Origin: Eledone cirrhosa
Taxonomy: Eukaryota
NCBI GenBank assembly: GCA_964016885.1
Contig: OZ024743.1
Location: forward strand, 150,908,001 to 150,972,000
DNA length: 64,000 bases
Direction: 5' to 3'
The notes beneath the pieces are model-generated. The model ran no database searches. It worked only from the letters and a program-made list of their open reading frames with translations, and was not told where the DNA came from. Shown here piece after piece: positions 1 to 12,730 of the stretch. The stretch's first letter is position 1, and each line of letters opens with the position of its first letter. Made by a program: the position numbers and the translations under genes.

Positions 1-1402
1 ATCCATCGGAGCATGCAGGCTTTGTTTCTCTCTAATCTACATAAGTCTTCCGCCTTCAGTGCCCAGGTCTCACTGCCATGTAACATTGCTGTTCGGATAC
101 ACGCATCATACAGTCTGCCTTTCATTTTGAGGGAGAAGCCTTTTGCAGCTAGCAGTGGCAGTAGTTCCCTGAACTTCTTCCATCCCGTTCTTACCCTAGT
201 TATTGTACTTTCTGAACACCCACCTCCGCTGCTAATTCGGTCACCTGGGTAGCAGAAGCTGTCTACTGTCTCTACAGAGCCCTCCCAGAGATTGGTGGTA
301 CTTGTTTCCTGTGGCTGTTTGCTGCTTGCTGTCCCAGTACAGCTGCTGCATGTGAAGCCTACATTCTTAATTAAGCTTCCTGAGATCCCGCTACATCTCT
401 TGTGTACCCATTGTTTGCATTTGGGGTAGAGAATGGAGTTCCTACCTACACCTTTCCTACATACTGAGCAAGGCCATTTCCCTGAAGAGATCTGGGTTCT
501 GTTTTCTCGTCTACTTACAAGGACCTTAGTCTTTGTCATGTTGACTTTGAGACCCTTTCTTTCTAGTCCCTGCTTCCAAGTTTGGAATTTCTTCTCTAGT
601 TCTACCATAGATTCAGCTATAAGTGCGAGGTCATCTGCATACAGGAGTTCCCATGGGCATCCAGTCTCAAACTCCTCCGTTATTGCCTGCAGGACTATGA
701 TGAACAGGAGAGGGCTAAGAACAGAGCCCTGGTGGACACCAACCTGTACGCTAAATTCCTCGCTATACTCATTGCTAATCCTAACTTTGCTGACTGCTCC
801 CCTATACATGGCTTGTACCGCTTTCACAAGCCATTCATCTACTCCTAGTTTTCTAAGAGCCCACCAGATTACAGCACGTGGAACTCTGTCAAAGGCTTTC
901 TTGAGATCGACGAATGCCAGGTAGAGTGGCTCACTTTTAGCTAGGTACTTTTCCTGTAACTGCCTCACAAGGAAGAGGGCATCAGTGGTGCCTCTTCCTG
1001 ATACTAACCCAAATTGCATCTCATCTAGTTTCACCCGGTCCCTAATCAACTGTGCTATAACTCTTTCTCTTACTTTCATGACCTGGTCCATCTATAGTTT
1101 CCTCTATCTAGTGCAACACCTTTACCTTTGTAGCAGTTGACAATGATGCTACTGCACCAATCCTTTGGTATGACACCTTCTAATATTACCTGGTTAACAA
1201 TACGTGTGGTTATAGTGTGACCTACAGACCCAGATGCCTTCAGCATCTCGGCAGCTATACCTGATGGACCGGTTGCCTTCCCCATCTTCATATCCTTGAT
1301 TGCCTCACTTACTACACTGCTGCTGACTTGTACTGCTGGCTCCTCTATAGGGTCTACTTGGGGTAGGGTCTCTTCTTCCCATGCATTCTCCTCATTTATC
1401 AT
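1..1402 (-). mobile_element. RTE-clade LINE (family A), 5'-truncated RT fragment running off the window edge; frameshifted
   Basis: ORF 1076..1402 reads KATGPSGIAAEMLK...IPKDWCSSIIVNCYKGKG. The minus strand continues through QFG, LAFVDL.KAFD, QGSVLSP, YADD and YLG, collinear with the copy at 2023-3915. A small deletion near 1090 shifts the frame. Confidence 0.92.
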
Positions 1403-2022
1403 TAACTCAAAATATCAAAAATATGAAAAAAAAAAGCATGTTTTTATTAAATTACATGCTTCCTCAGATGTATCCTTAGTGTTATTTATCTTTCAGTTTG
1501 AAAATTATTTGGAGGTTAAATTCTGTATTTATGTTATATGTTAATTTATGTATTTATGTTATGCGTTAATTTATGTATCTACGTTTGTAAATGTCTGATG
1601 ACCAAAGATACAAATTGAGTTCCAATATATCAAATGATTGTAAATATATTTTTTAAGATGCCAAAATGAAATCATGCAACCTAATTTACATCTACTAAAT
1701 AACTAAACTCATTTGACAATTCTTCAAATAGATGTAACTAGTTAATTGAATTTGTCAATATTATTGAATGATATTCAAATGAAACTTTCAATGCTTTTTT
1801 TTATTTAAGTACTTCATACATTTCTTTTGTATAAAGGCCATACTGAGGGACATGGTCTCAGCACTACTGTCATTGTCATCATCATCATAAAGTTTATTTT
1901 TATTTTGTTTTTTAATGCTGATATCAAATTATCCGGCCAGTAATACTGCACCTCCTTAAGTATCTCAATCTTGTTTAATCTTATCTGAAAGATTGAATGT
2001 TTTCAAACATACTTCAAACATA

Positions 2023-3990
2023 GTTCAAGCATGTTCTACAACGCGAGGACCAAAAACGTGAGGTGTTCAGGATTGCTAGGCAATGTGTCAAGGAAAACCG
2101 TGATATTGTTGGGGAGAAGTGTGTACTAAATGATAATGGCGTACTCGCCATCACTGACGCTGATAAGAAGGTAGCTTGGAAGTGTCACTACGAGAGGCTA
2201 CTAAATGAGGAGAATAAATGGGAGAAGGATAGTCTCCCCCAGATCGATCCAATAGAGGGACCAGCAGTGTTAGTTGAAGGTAGTATAATAAGTAAGGCAA
2301 TCAAAGATATGAAGACGGGTAAGGCGGCTGGGCCTTCGGAAATAGTCGCTGAGATGCTGAAGGCCTCTGGAACGGTGGGACACACCATGGTCACCCGGAT
2401 AGTAAACCAAGTCATACAGAATGGGGTTGTTCCGAAGGACTGGCGTAGCAGCATCATCATTAACTGTTACAAGGGTAAAGGAGATGCCCTAGATAGGAGT
2501 AACTATAGAGGGATTAAATTAATCGACCAGGTCATGAAGGTCACGGAAAAAGTAATAGCGCAACTAATCAGAGAGAGAATCGATCTAGATGAAATGCAGT
2601 TCGGGTTTGTGTCAGGCAAAAGTACCACAGACGCTCTTTTCATTGTACGACAGCTACAGGAAAAGTACCTAGCTAAAAGTAAACCCCTATACTTAGCCTT
2701 TGTCGACTTGGAGAAAGCCTTCGACAGAGTCTCCCGTTCCATTATCTGTTGGGCTCTTAGAAAACTAGATGTTGACGAATGGCTTGTGAGAGCTATACAA
2801 GCCATGTATAAAGAAACAGTCAGCAAGGTTAGAATTAACAACAAATATAGTGAAGAGTTTAGCGTAAAAGTTGGTGTCCATCAGGGCTCTGTTCTTAGCC
2901 CCCTACTATTCAGGCTATAACAGAGGAGTTCAAGACCGGCTGCCCATGGGAACTCCTATACGCAGATGACCTAACGCTCATAGCTGAATCAATGGCCGAG
3001 CTAGAGAAGAAATTCCAAACATGGAAGCACGGCCTAGAATCAAAAGGCCTTAAAATTAACATGGCTAAGACTAAAGTTCTAGTTTGTAGGAAAGAAAATA
3101 AGGCGCCGGTCCCTTCCGGGAAATGGCCATGCTCAGTGTGTAGGAAAGGCGTAGGTAGAAACTCCATTTTATGTCCCAAATGCAAAGTATGGGTCCATAA
3201 AAGATGTAGTGGGATCACAGGTAAGCTAACTAAGAACACAGATTTTACATGTGGCCGGTGCTCTGGTGCAATAAGTAGCAGCAAGTGCGCACAAAATACT
3301 AGCTCTTTCAACTGCGCAGAGGGTTCTATAGAAATAGTGGACAGCTTCCGTTACCTGGGTGACAAAATCAGCAGTGGGGGAGGGTGCTCCGAAAGTACAG
3401 TAGCTAGAGTCAGAACTGGATGGAAAAAGTTCAGAGAGCTTATACCACTATTAGCCGCTAAAGGGTTTTCCCTAAAAGTGAAAGGCAGGTTGTATGATGC
3501 CTGCATACGAACAGCAATGCTGCATGGCAGTGAGACCTGGGCATTGTGTGCAGAGGATATACGCAGACTAGAGAGGAACGAAGCTTGCATGCTCCGCTGG
3601 ATGTGCAATAGTAATATACGCGAACGGCAAAGCATAAACGAACTAAGGAAAAAATTAGAAATAAGAGGGATCAGATGTTGTTTACTCGAGAGAAGGCTAC
3701 GTTGGTATGGTCACGTGATGCGCATGAAAGACGACAGCTGTATAACAAAGTGCAGGGCAATAAAGATAGATGGTAGCCACGGAGTAGGCAGATCCAGAAA
3801 AACCTGGGACGAGCTGATAAATTCCGACCTCACACACTTACACCTCTCCAAGACAATGTCACTGGACCGAGAGCTTTGGCGGTACTCAGTAATAGAGAAG
3901 ACCCGCGTTACCTAAATACAAAGTAAAACCTACTACAGTCAGTAGGCATCTCTAACAAAATACACCCCCCTCTAGTCACAATATATATCC
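2023..3990 (+). mobile_element. RTE-clade LINE (family A), 5'-truncated: RT, inserted PHD-like finger, C-terminus and start of 3' UTR
   Basis: ORFs 2063..2920 and 2992..3915 carry NYRGIKL, QFGF, FVDLEKAFD, QGSVLSP, YADD, FRYLG, RRLRWYGHV and GRSRKTW. One frameshift at ~2911 comes from a 13-nt deletion relative to the copy at 1-1402. Confidence 0.95.
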
Positions 3991-4124
3991 ATACAAATGT
4001 GGATTTCTCACTTGCACACAGCCAATAACTCTTCTATTCAATTTTGCCTTCCTTACAAACTGACAGTACACATTCAGAGTACATATTCACCTAATTTATC
4101 TCTAAATACTTCAGATATTCACCA

Positions 4125-4370
4125 TTACCCCTTCCCTTATTCTATTTCTGATGAAATACACTGCCTGTCATTTTCATAATCAAGTATTAAAAGGGATTTA
4201 GTAATAATATAACTTTCACATTATTAAATTGTTTGGAGCAGAGCTTAACAAAGGTTCTTACATAAAATTATGATGGAAGGTTCTTAGATAAATATAAACA
4301 CTTCAAAATGAATTGTTTTGTATCATAGAACTAGAGATGGTTTCAGGCAGGTTGGTACTAAAAGGGTTAA
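4125..4370 (+). mobile_element. piggyBac-like MITE, copy 1
   Basis: Ends are TTAC-CCCTT...AAAGGG-TTAA. The interior is shared with 11388-11648 (reverse) and 14579-14809. Confidence 0.65.
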
Positions 4371-4601
4371 TAACCTATATTTTACTCCATTACATTTCTC
4401 ATAACCTTTCTACAAAAAGAAAATTATTTTTTCCAACAGAGGTAAAAGTTCTCTAAACGACTTTTATTCCATTATTGATTAGTACTTTCAGTACTAATTC
4501 TATCAAGGAAAAACTTATCTGTAAATCCAGAAAATTATTTTATCATGATACTAACTATTACTGTACATGTGTTCTAGCTAAAGTTATTATTCTTTGTGAC
4601 T

Positions 4602-4880
4602 GATTCATGAACATAGGTAAGAGTTGGCACAAATATCAAATTGAAGTCAGCAAGTTTGGCTTTTACACTTACCTCCCTTCTTCTGATGACTGAATGTTGA
4701 AGGTGGCATATTACTGCATTAGCTCCTGCAATGATAATGGCCCAAAGAATCACAAATACAAACAAACGAAATGGGATTTCTCTGAAGGGTCTACAGAGTA
4801 ACCTTACTTGATAGGGTGCATAGCTCAGAGATCAGGGAGTCACTCTAGGTAGAGCTGCTACTTACTGCTCTTGTGCATTG
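4602..4880. mobile_element. RTE-clade LINE (family B) fragment with an inverted 5' part
   Basis: 4602-4732 matches family B on the minus strand. 4733-4880 matches the immediately following family B sequence on the plus strand (compare 26400-26700). Confidence 0.75.
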
Positions 4881-4899
4881 ACCACATCTAAAACCTATG

Positions 4900-5245
4900 A
4901 TCTTTGCTACTCTGCCTGAGATCCAACTACATCTTTTATGTACCCATAGTTTGCATTTGGGACAAAGGATGAAATTTCTACCTACCCCCTTCTTACACAC
5001 TGATCAGGGTCATTCCCCTGAAGGGATCTTGTATTCCTTTCTATTTACTAGGACTTCAGTCTTCGCCAAGTTGAGTTTAAGACCTTTTGATTCTATATTA
5101 TGTTTCCAGGTCAGGAATTTTTTCTCTAGTTCTGCCTTAGATTCAGCTATGAGATCATCATCATACAGGACTTCTGAATGGCATCCTGATTTAAACTCTT
5201 CTGTTATAGCCTGGAGGACAGTAAGAAACAGGAGAGGGCCTATGA
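4900..5245 (-). mobile_element. RTE family A internal fragment (degenerate)
   Basis: ORF 5010..5264 reads PLLFLTVLQAITEEFKSGC...YDDDL...GLKLNLAKT and is homologous to ~2900-3230. Confidence 0.85.
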
Positions 5246-5253
5246 TGAAACCT

Positions 5254-5696
5254 GTGAGTGACATTTGTCACACCCTTAAAAATTAATTGAGAAAGGTCTT
5301 CAAATGTTTTTCATAATTCTGTATATCATTAAATATACAATACATACATTTGTATGTCTACTGCTCTGTAGGAACACCAATACATAATTTTGAATTTAAG
5401 CCTCGCCAGCCACCAGTCAGTAAGCAAATGAGTTTCATCTGCTAATAAAATAAGCAGAAAGCTTATTTTAACCTCAACGAAAGTAGGATTATATGTAGTC
5501 TTGATAACCGCTAATTAGCAAGAAATGATGCATTATCGATTACTTTCGCTTGCTTTTGCTAAGGTTAGGTGTGTGACGTTTGTCACAAACTTAAAAATTC
5601 ATAAGCCTTCAAATGTTTTTCATAAACATCCTGTATATTATTCAATATACAATATGTACATTTATATGTATACTTCTATGTAGGAGCACCAATACA
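5254..5696. repeat. Two ~130-bp direct repeats (5254-5384, 5569-5696) followed by (TA)n; unclassified
   Basis: Both begin with the hairpin GTGAC(A/G)TTTGTCAC and end TGTAGGA(A/G)CACCAATACA. Confidence 0.8.
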
Positions 5697-7126
5697 ATAT
5701 ATATATATATATTTATACATGCTTACACAATCATAGACAGAAAAATATAGATTGATAGCTGTGAAGATTTATGTATAGATTCACATGCAGACAGAGATAT
5801 CAACAGGAATTCATATACATGAAAATAAGTGTAAAATATATAGAGAAACTAAAAATATATACTGCAGCAATTAGTTGTGGATATTTCTCCAAATATACAA
5901 TTTATAATCTTAACCCTTAAGAGTAACCACTTTTGTTGTAAATTAAATGTTGCTTGTCACACTATACTTTGCCATCAGCTGGCCTTTGCTGATTATAACC
6001 CCTCAAAATGGGAAGAGACAAGTGTCTCTATCTAATTCCACACTTCTAGAACAGAAGTGAAGCCTTATTACATATAACTACAGAAGCTGCAGGCAGCCAG
6101 CAGTAAATGGATATTTTGACTTCCTTCTTATTTATTTTATTTTTTCCTCTCTTGCTCTCTTTCTTTCCCATTCTCTTATTTTACATATTAATTCCTATCC
6201 AATATAAGAATCCAAGCATGATAAAAAAATCTATTTAAAAAATTTTCCCCCACCCCAACCTTCTCTAAAAAAAAATCCACCAAAAGGAATATAAGACAGC
6301 ATAATGGAAGCAGAAGAGAAAGAGAGAAAATGAGAAATATTTGAAAAATTTGTATGTCAAAAGTTTAAGTGTCATAGTTTATATAGCAGTATTTTATTTT
6401 AGAAAGAATGAAACAATTGTAAAATTAAAACAACTATAATTTCAATAAACCCACAAGACTCTTAAAGCAAGAGTATTAATTGTTGAGTAACAAAAAGAAA
6501 AGAATAATATTAATTCCTCCCTAATTCCAAAAGTTGTATCTTAAATATTATTATATTTTGTCCAAAAAGGCAGTTTAAACAATTAAGTTTACATGTATTT
6601 TAATTCTGTTCTTCTTGATTTGTAAAATAGAATACTATACATTCATGAAATACATTTTCTTTTCTTAACACACATACATATGCATACAGCTGCACACTTA
6701 CAAATATGCAGTTACAGGATAAGTATTTTACAATGGTAAGCAAATTGTATGCCAACTCCAAGTCAAAGTTATAATTCAGAATGGAAGATAATTTCAGTTA
6801 ACCTTCATGGATAATGCTCTTGGATAAATTTTTAACAACATTACCCTTATTTAACTACCTGTTAAACACTTTATACTTTCAATAAAATCACATGTTTTTA
6901 GAAGAATGTATATACATGTGTGTTTATATATATATATGTATATATATAAAGAGGTATAAGTCAACATTTCATAATTTACTTCTTTTAAACGAAGTAAATT
7001 ATGAAATGTTGATTTATACCTCTTGTTTATAAATTTAATCCCTGAGTTAACAGATCCTCTTGTGGACTTCGTTGGGTGCTCCACCCTGCATACTGAAGTG
7101 TCAGTGTTAAACTAACACATAATCTG

Positions 7127-7131
<5 letters not shown>

Positions 7132-7211
<80 letters not shown>
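7132..7211. repeat. (TA)n microsatellite
   Basis: Read directly. Confidence 0.97.
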
Positions 7212-7213
<2 letters not shown>

Positions 7214-7220
7214 TGTGTGT

Positions 7221-7372
7221 GTATGTATGTATATATATGTATCATCATCGTTTAACGTCCATCTTCCACGTTAGCACGGGTTAGATGGTTTTATTCCATT
7301 TGATGCAGGATTGGTCAGGAGACCATGTCTCACTCATACGGAACTGTCTCTGGCAGGTTTCCTATGGCTAAC
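7221..7372 (-). mobile_element. RTE-tailed SINE / RTE 3' end fragment
   Basis: The reverse complement ends ...ACCCGTGCTAACGTGGAAGATGGACGTTAAACGATGATGAT, like 63160-63212. Its closest match is 53437-53575. Confidence 0.75.
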
Positions 7373-7737
7373 GCCATGCCAGACAGTAGTGTTTCGGGAA
7401 TTTGTATCTATTATCAGTGATGTTTACTCATGCAGTACAAAGATTAGAATAAACTATAGCTTATTTTCTTATTGTGTGTGAAACATCTTTTGGAGAAGTT
7501 CATTTGCATATAGTGCAAGCTTGACTTGACTGGGTTTAATTAGCAGTAGCCCATGTAATAACAGATAGTATTGGATCTGTCCATATTCAGTATCCCTACC
7601 ATAATCCTTTCCTGCTGACCCTCATTTTTTCTCCTTCACGTAACTCTTAGTTGACATAAGTACCAGATAATTGCTGGCCTTGTGACAAAAGTAGAAACAA
7701 TTATTTTCCTTCATCCCTATCTGTTGTTATCCATTAT

Positions 7738-7749
7738 TCTCTCTCTCTC

Positions 7750-7820
<71 letters not shown>
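7738..7820. repeat. (TC)n microsatellite
   Basis: Read directly. Confidence 0.97.
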
Positions 7821-7827
<7 letters not shown>

Positions 7828-8049
7828 CCTATCCCTCTCACTCTCTCTTACCATGTCATATAACCAATGTGTAGATATCATTGTCAATCAATGTTTCATT
7901 ACTCCTTCTCCTGCTGTCTTATTATTCTGTTTCATCTCCCACACTCACACACATACTCTCCTCTTACATTCTTTTTGTTTTCACATTGCCAAATACATTT
8001 TCCTTGAAAAACTATAGTCTACATTGAGTAGAAAGGACTCTTTAGACTT

Positions 8050-8560
8050 GCTCATAAAGCAAGTGCTGGTCTTCTTTTTCTATACATCTGTTACTGGTGC
8101 CATGACAAAGTTACTCTTCCAGCTCAACCTGTCTAGCATTTCCATCTGAATTTCCCCTGCTTCCAGCCCAGAGTCATCTTCAGTGTGGTGGTGGTTGGTC
8201 TCCCAATTCGTCTGCACACATTAGGTTTCCAGAAAAGAACTCTGCCAGTAGGTTTATTGTGACATTTCACATGTCTGGCTAAAGCGAACCTCCTATGCCT
8301 TATGATGTCTGAAATGAGAAAGTGTGAGTCATAGAGCAATTTATTTTCTGCATGTGTTCTCCAGGATATGTGCTGGACCTTTCTCAGCATTGCATGAATG
8401 AGTCACTAATCCACTTTGTGAGTGGTTTTGTTAGTGTCCATGACTCACACTCACACTCAACTGTTGCTTTGAATATCCTCATTTTCATAGGTTTTTTATT
8501 GGAGACACCCACACCTTTATTAGGGAGTTGAGAGCCTCCTTTCCTTGCCTAGCCTGGTGT
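8050..8560 (-). mobile_element. RTE-clade LINE C-terminal fragment (third family)
   Basis: ORF 8133..8390 reads MLRKVQHISW...IIRHRRFALARHV...FWKP...RRIGRPTTT, matching the RTE C-terminal pattern RRLR.AGH...W.P...R..GRP. Confidence 0.75.
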
Positions 8561-8714
8561 CCACATTGTGCTGTGTTTGGTAGTTTTATTTATACAGAAT
8601 TGATGGTACCTGGATTAAATATATCCAGGACTCTTTATAAAGTGTTTGGTGATCAACAGAAGACATAAAATAGAGAGAGCCTTTTAGTCTGTTGAGAACA
8701 TGACAAACCTTTTA

Positions 8715-8935
8715 GTACTAGTGCCACAATAAAAAGCACCCAATACATTCTATAAGTTAGGACAGCTAGCCACAGAAACGATCTCAAGATGAAATGTACA
8801 AATAAGACATGGTCCTTCAAGGGCAAGAACCTTGGATTACAACAAATTTGGACTATGATGACCCATGTAATCCATGGAAAGCAGATGTAAAAAGTTTATG
8901 ATGATGATGATGGTGGTGGTGGTGGTGGTCGTCGT
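8715..8935 (+). mobile_element. Degenerate RTE-tailed SINE body and tail
   Basis: GTGCCACAATAAAAAGCACCCA...ACCCATGTAATCCATGGAAAGCAGATGTAAAA then (TGA)n, similar to 62945-63212. Confidence 0.6.
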
Positions 8936-9823
8936 ATTTGTTTATTTATTTTTCAATAGTATCTTTCACCATACAAAAAATAATGAAAATATATAAATTC
9001 TTTGTATTTAGAAATACAAAAATACTACTCAATACAAGTTTTCCATAAGATTTTGAGTTTTTCCATGTTTAATTCATTATTACATAAACCCAAAGGTATT
9101 CTGATACTGATGTATATACATGAGCAGAAAGTCAGATGAAAGAAAAAAGAAATGGTGATAGCATATATATTAAATTCATTGACAAAATCTAGTATTGCAT
9201 CTAAAATTATATTTCTTTTCTAATTTAATGTTAACCAACACACATCTTCAGTATTGAGTTTGCAAGTGGCTAAACACATCTATATGCATAAAGGTGTCGA
9301 TGTTGATATACATTTCCCTATTAGCAATCAATTTTCTCAAATTCAAAAAAAGATCAGCTGAATGGTTATAAATGAAAATTCAATTTCACTCTTTCCCAGA
9401 AATAAATATTGAAATTTGATTTTCTTCTTGAAGGAAATCTTTTACTCAAAATTTACAGAAGAAAATATTCAAGTCAGAATTCTCTTTTAAAGTTATTAGA
9501 TGAATAGCACAAAGGATAAACAAGCAAAAAAAAAAACGTGATGAGAAACAATGCCATAAATTAGACATCAACCTATAATTTTATTGTCCTTTACGCAGAG
9601 TAGCTATTGTGACTACACATATCTTCTGAAACCTTCAAAATCAAATTGAGTAAATATTTTTTCAAAATTTGTTGGGATTTTTTTTTCACAGATACAAACA
9701 TACAAACACAAAGATGTATATACACAAGCACACATTTACATTATACATATATATATATTCATATATATATACATTATAATTATATATATTCATATATATA
9801 TATATATATATATAGACATATTC

Positions 9824-9857
<34 letters not shown>

Positions 9858-10713
9858 TAAACATGTATTGTGTGTCTGAGTGAGTGTGTGTGTGTCTGAG
9901 TGAGTGTGTGTGTGTCTGTGTTAAACATGTATTGTCTATATTATATCATGTATATATATATATATATATATCTTACATACACAATATCAATGTTTTTGAA
10001 TCTGTGTAGATATACAATATAAGTTATATGAATCTATTTGGTACATTTATTCACTCATACATATATGATGTATATAAAAGCTTAGCTTACATATACACAG
10101 TCATATGCCATATGACAAATAAAAATCTATTTGAATGAGCATATATCTTATCTTTTTAGAGCATGAATCTTCTGAAATAAAAGTTTATAAATAAAGGATA
10201 TTATGTTATGTTACCTTTAAACTAAATATTAGTAATTAGAAAAAAAACAAAAACATGAAAATATTCAGTTTTAGAAACTTTATTTAGAAACTTTTAAAAT
10301 TTTATTTAATTAGATTCTTGAAAAAGAAGCCAATTTATGTATAATTATTATTAGATACATATTATCTAAAATTCTAATGGGCACAAATTACCAATACATA
10401 CAAAAGCACTAGTAAGTTCACAATATTTATTTATGAAAATACTATATGAATATTTTGTTTGTATTTTAATTGTTAATAAATATTATATTTGCTAATAAAT
10501 GTTCATATATCTTCAAGAAATAAGAAGATACATTAAATGTTACAAATATTAAGCTTAAAACTACAGATTCAACTGAGAATTAATTTGATGTATACAGATC
10601 CAGTTGGCAGGAGACTAAGAACTACACCACATGCAAGATTTTTGTATAACACCTATAAGCTCAGTTAATCTCACTAGGGGGAGGGGGCGAAGCAGCAGGA
10701 AGAGGGGAGGATG

Positions 10714-10740
10714 GAGAAGAAGAAGAAGAAGAAGAAGAAG

Positions 10741-10771
<31 letters not shown>

Positions 10772-10774
10772 TGT

Positions 10775-10810
<36 letters not shown>

Positions 10811-10846
10811 GGATGATGATGATGATGATCATCATCATCATCATCT
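10714..10846. repeat. Compound (AGA)n-(TGA)n-(TCA)n microsatellite
   Basis: Read directly. (GAT)n flips to (CAT)n at ~10829, forming a short palindrome. Confidence 0.95.
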
Positions 10847-11387
10847 TCTAAAATGATATATGTTTTTGATCCAAAATTTTCTTGTTTAAAAATCAGAAAT
10901 AGTGTTAATTTTGGTTTTAAAACAATAATTACATTATAATTACAATATTTCATAATTGGATGACACTAAACATTCTATCTCTAGATTTACATTTACATTA
11001 AAGCTTTAATATGTTTACAATTTTATTCCAAATATAATAGATTTGTTATATAAAGAAAAATGTCTTGTTCTATGGAACAATACAATGTGGATGACTTTCA
11101 TTGTTTTATCTTTATTTAACCTTATGTAGTTTTCTTAATGTCTTGATAATCATGACATTCAGTAAAATTACACTGAATATATAAGGGTTTTATTTCTCTC
11201 CCATATGTTTTGCTTTTTCACCGAATTGATATTTAACATAATCAACATCTAAAGCAAGAGATTCTCATTGATTTCAGCTTGGTAGAAATTTATGAAATAT
11301 CTTTATAACTTATCAGCATTCAGCTAAAAAATGAACGTAGGTAAAATGTTAACTTCAAAGAATCCTCTTGATATGGATTGGAATTAT

Positions 11388-11648
11388 TTAAACCCTTTTG
11401 ATACTAACCCCCCCTGAACCTCCCCTTTTTTATGACATAAAATTGTCAATATTAATGTGTTCATACTTATATTAAAATATTACAACATAATTCTATATAA
11501 GAATAATTTTCTTAATGGTCCAGGCATCAGCTTGATAATAAAAAATGTTAGTTAAATTATTATATTCCTCTAATTTTTTTTATTTCCAAAATTATTTGAA
11601 ACACGTGTGCAGTATCTTTTATTAGAAATATGGTCAAAAAAGAGTTAA
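11388..11648 (-). mobile_element. piggyBac-like MITE, copy 2
   Basis: TTAA-ACCCTTTTGATACTAACC...AAAGAG-TTAA; reverse complement of 4125-4370. Confidence 0.65.
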
Positions 11649-11881
11649 TGACAACCTGAATATTCTTTCATTTATTTGATAATTTACTGAAGAGTAACTG
11701 AAGATTTAAAAAACACTAGATTAAAGATTTGAAAGTGTGGGTTTCTAAGCATTTCGATTTCTAAGTAGTACTGGTATCTTCCCTAACCTGATATCATTAA
11801 ATAATATTCATTTGAAATCATAAAACTGCAAATAGATTATCATATATATATATATATAACACACACACACATATATATATA

Positions 11882-11923
<42 letters not shown>

Positions 11924-12240
11924 ATCTTTCGATGAAATTATAATTCTTCACTGTAAAGTATAAATTCTAATTCATTGAAAACGTCTAACTTTTTCTATTG
12001 GTAAATGTACCAAAATTTAGACATAACTTTAATATTTTCATTTTATCTTTTAGTTTGATATTGGATAAGAAATTAGTGTTTGTACAAAAGCAGTGTTTAC
12101 AAACCGCCATTAATAATAATTATATGAAGACATATCTCTAAAGGAAATCTTTAAATCTTATGAAGTATAATTTCTATTAAAATGTAACTATAGAATCTAA
12201 CAATACTAGAATCAATTATTTAATATAAAACAAACACATA

Positions 12241-12730
12241 GGTACAGGCTCAGCTGTGTGGCGAACATATTCACTTCAATGGAACAAACTGCCTGCGTCA
12301 ATTGTTAGCTGCCGAGACACTGCATCCTTTAAGACACTCATGCTTCCCGAAATACGCCAAAACTACACCTGATGTACCCCTTCCATACACATGCACACAT
12401 GTGTGTATCATGACTCGTGCACTGTTCATTTTACTGATGTTTGTGCATTTCCCTATGTACTGTACATGCACTTTTTTGATGAGTTGTGGTGCACCTGGGC
12501 ACTGTACACAATATTTCATTATTGTTATTGTTATTATATCATGACACGTACACTGTTCATTTTCCTGACATTTGTACATTATTCTATGTACTATACATGC
12601 ACCTTTGATGAGTTGTAGTGCACCTGAGCACTGTACACAATAATTTCATTATTATTATTAAAATCACATGGTTCTGGGTTCAGTCCTGGTGTGTGGCAAA
12701 TGTCTTCTACTATAGCCACAGGTTCACCAG
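12241..12730 (+). mobile_element. tRNA-derived SINE head split by a nested LINE fragment
   Basis: GGTACAGGCTCAGCTGTGTGG (A-box-like) lies before the insert. CACATGGTTCTGGGTTCAGTCC...AATGTCTTCTACTATAGCC (B-box-like) resumes at ~12662. Confidence 0.55.
12277..12660 (+). mobile_element. CR1-group LINE 3' end with a tandemly duplicated ~131-bp 3' UTR, each unit ending in (ATT)n
   Basis: 12278-12371 translates QWNKLPASIVSCRDTASFKTLMLPEIRQNYT*, matching the WN.LP...FK C-terminal motif. The units lie at ~12406-12536 and ~12537-12660. Confidence 0.75.

Noticed and set aside
13-924. Plus-strand ORFs 13..252 and 433..924 (and minus ORFs in 2188-3635)
   Set aside because: They are antisense shadows of the RTE reading frame with no independent protein features.
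7027-10953. ORFs with IYIY, SLSL, poly-H and poly-L runs (also 20057-20380, 32324-32629, 58554-58881)
   Set aside because: They are translations of microsatellites.
12406-12660. Tandem repeats considered as CRISPR-like arrays (also 22451-22705)
   Set aside because: Only two long units, no spacers, no cas genes, and a eukaryotic retroelement context.
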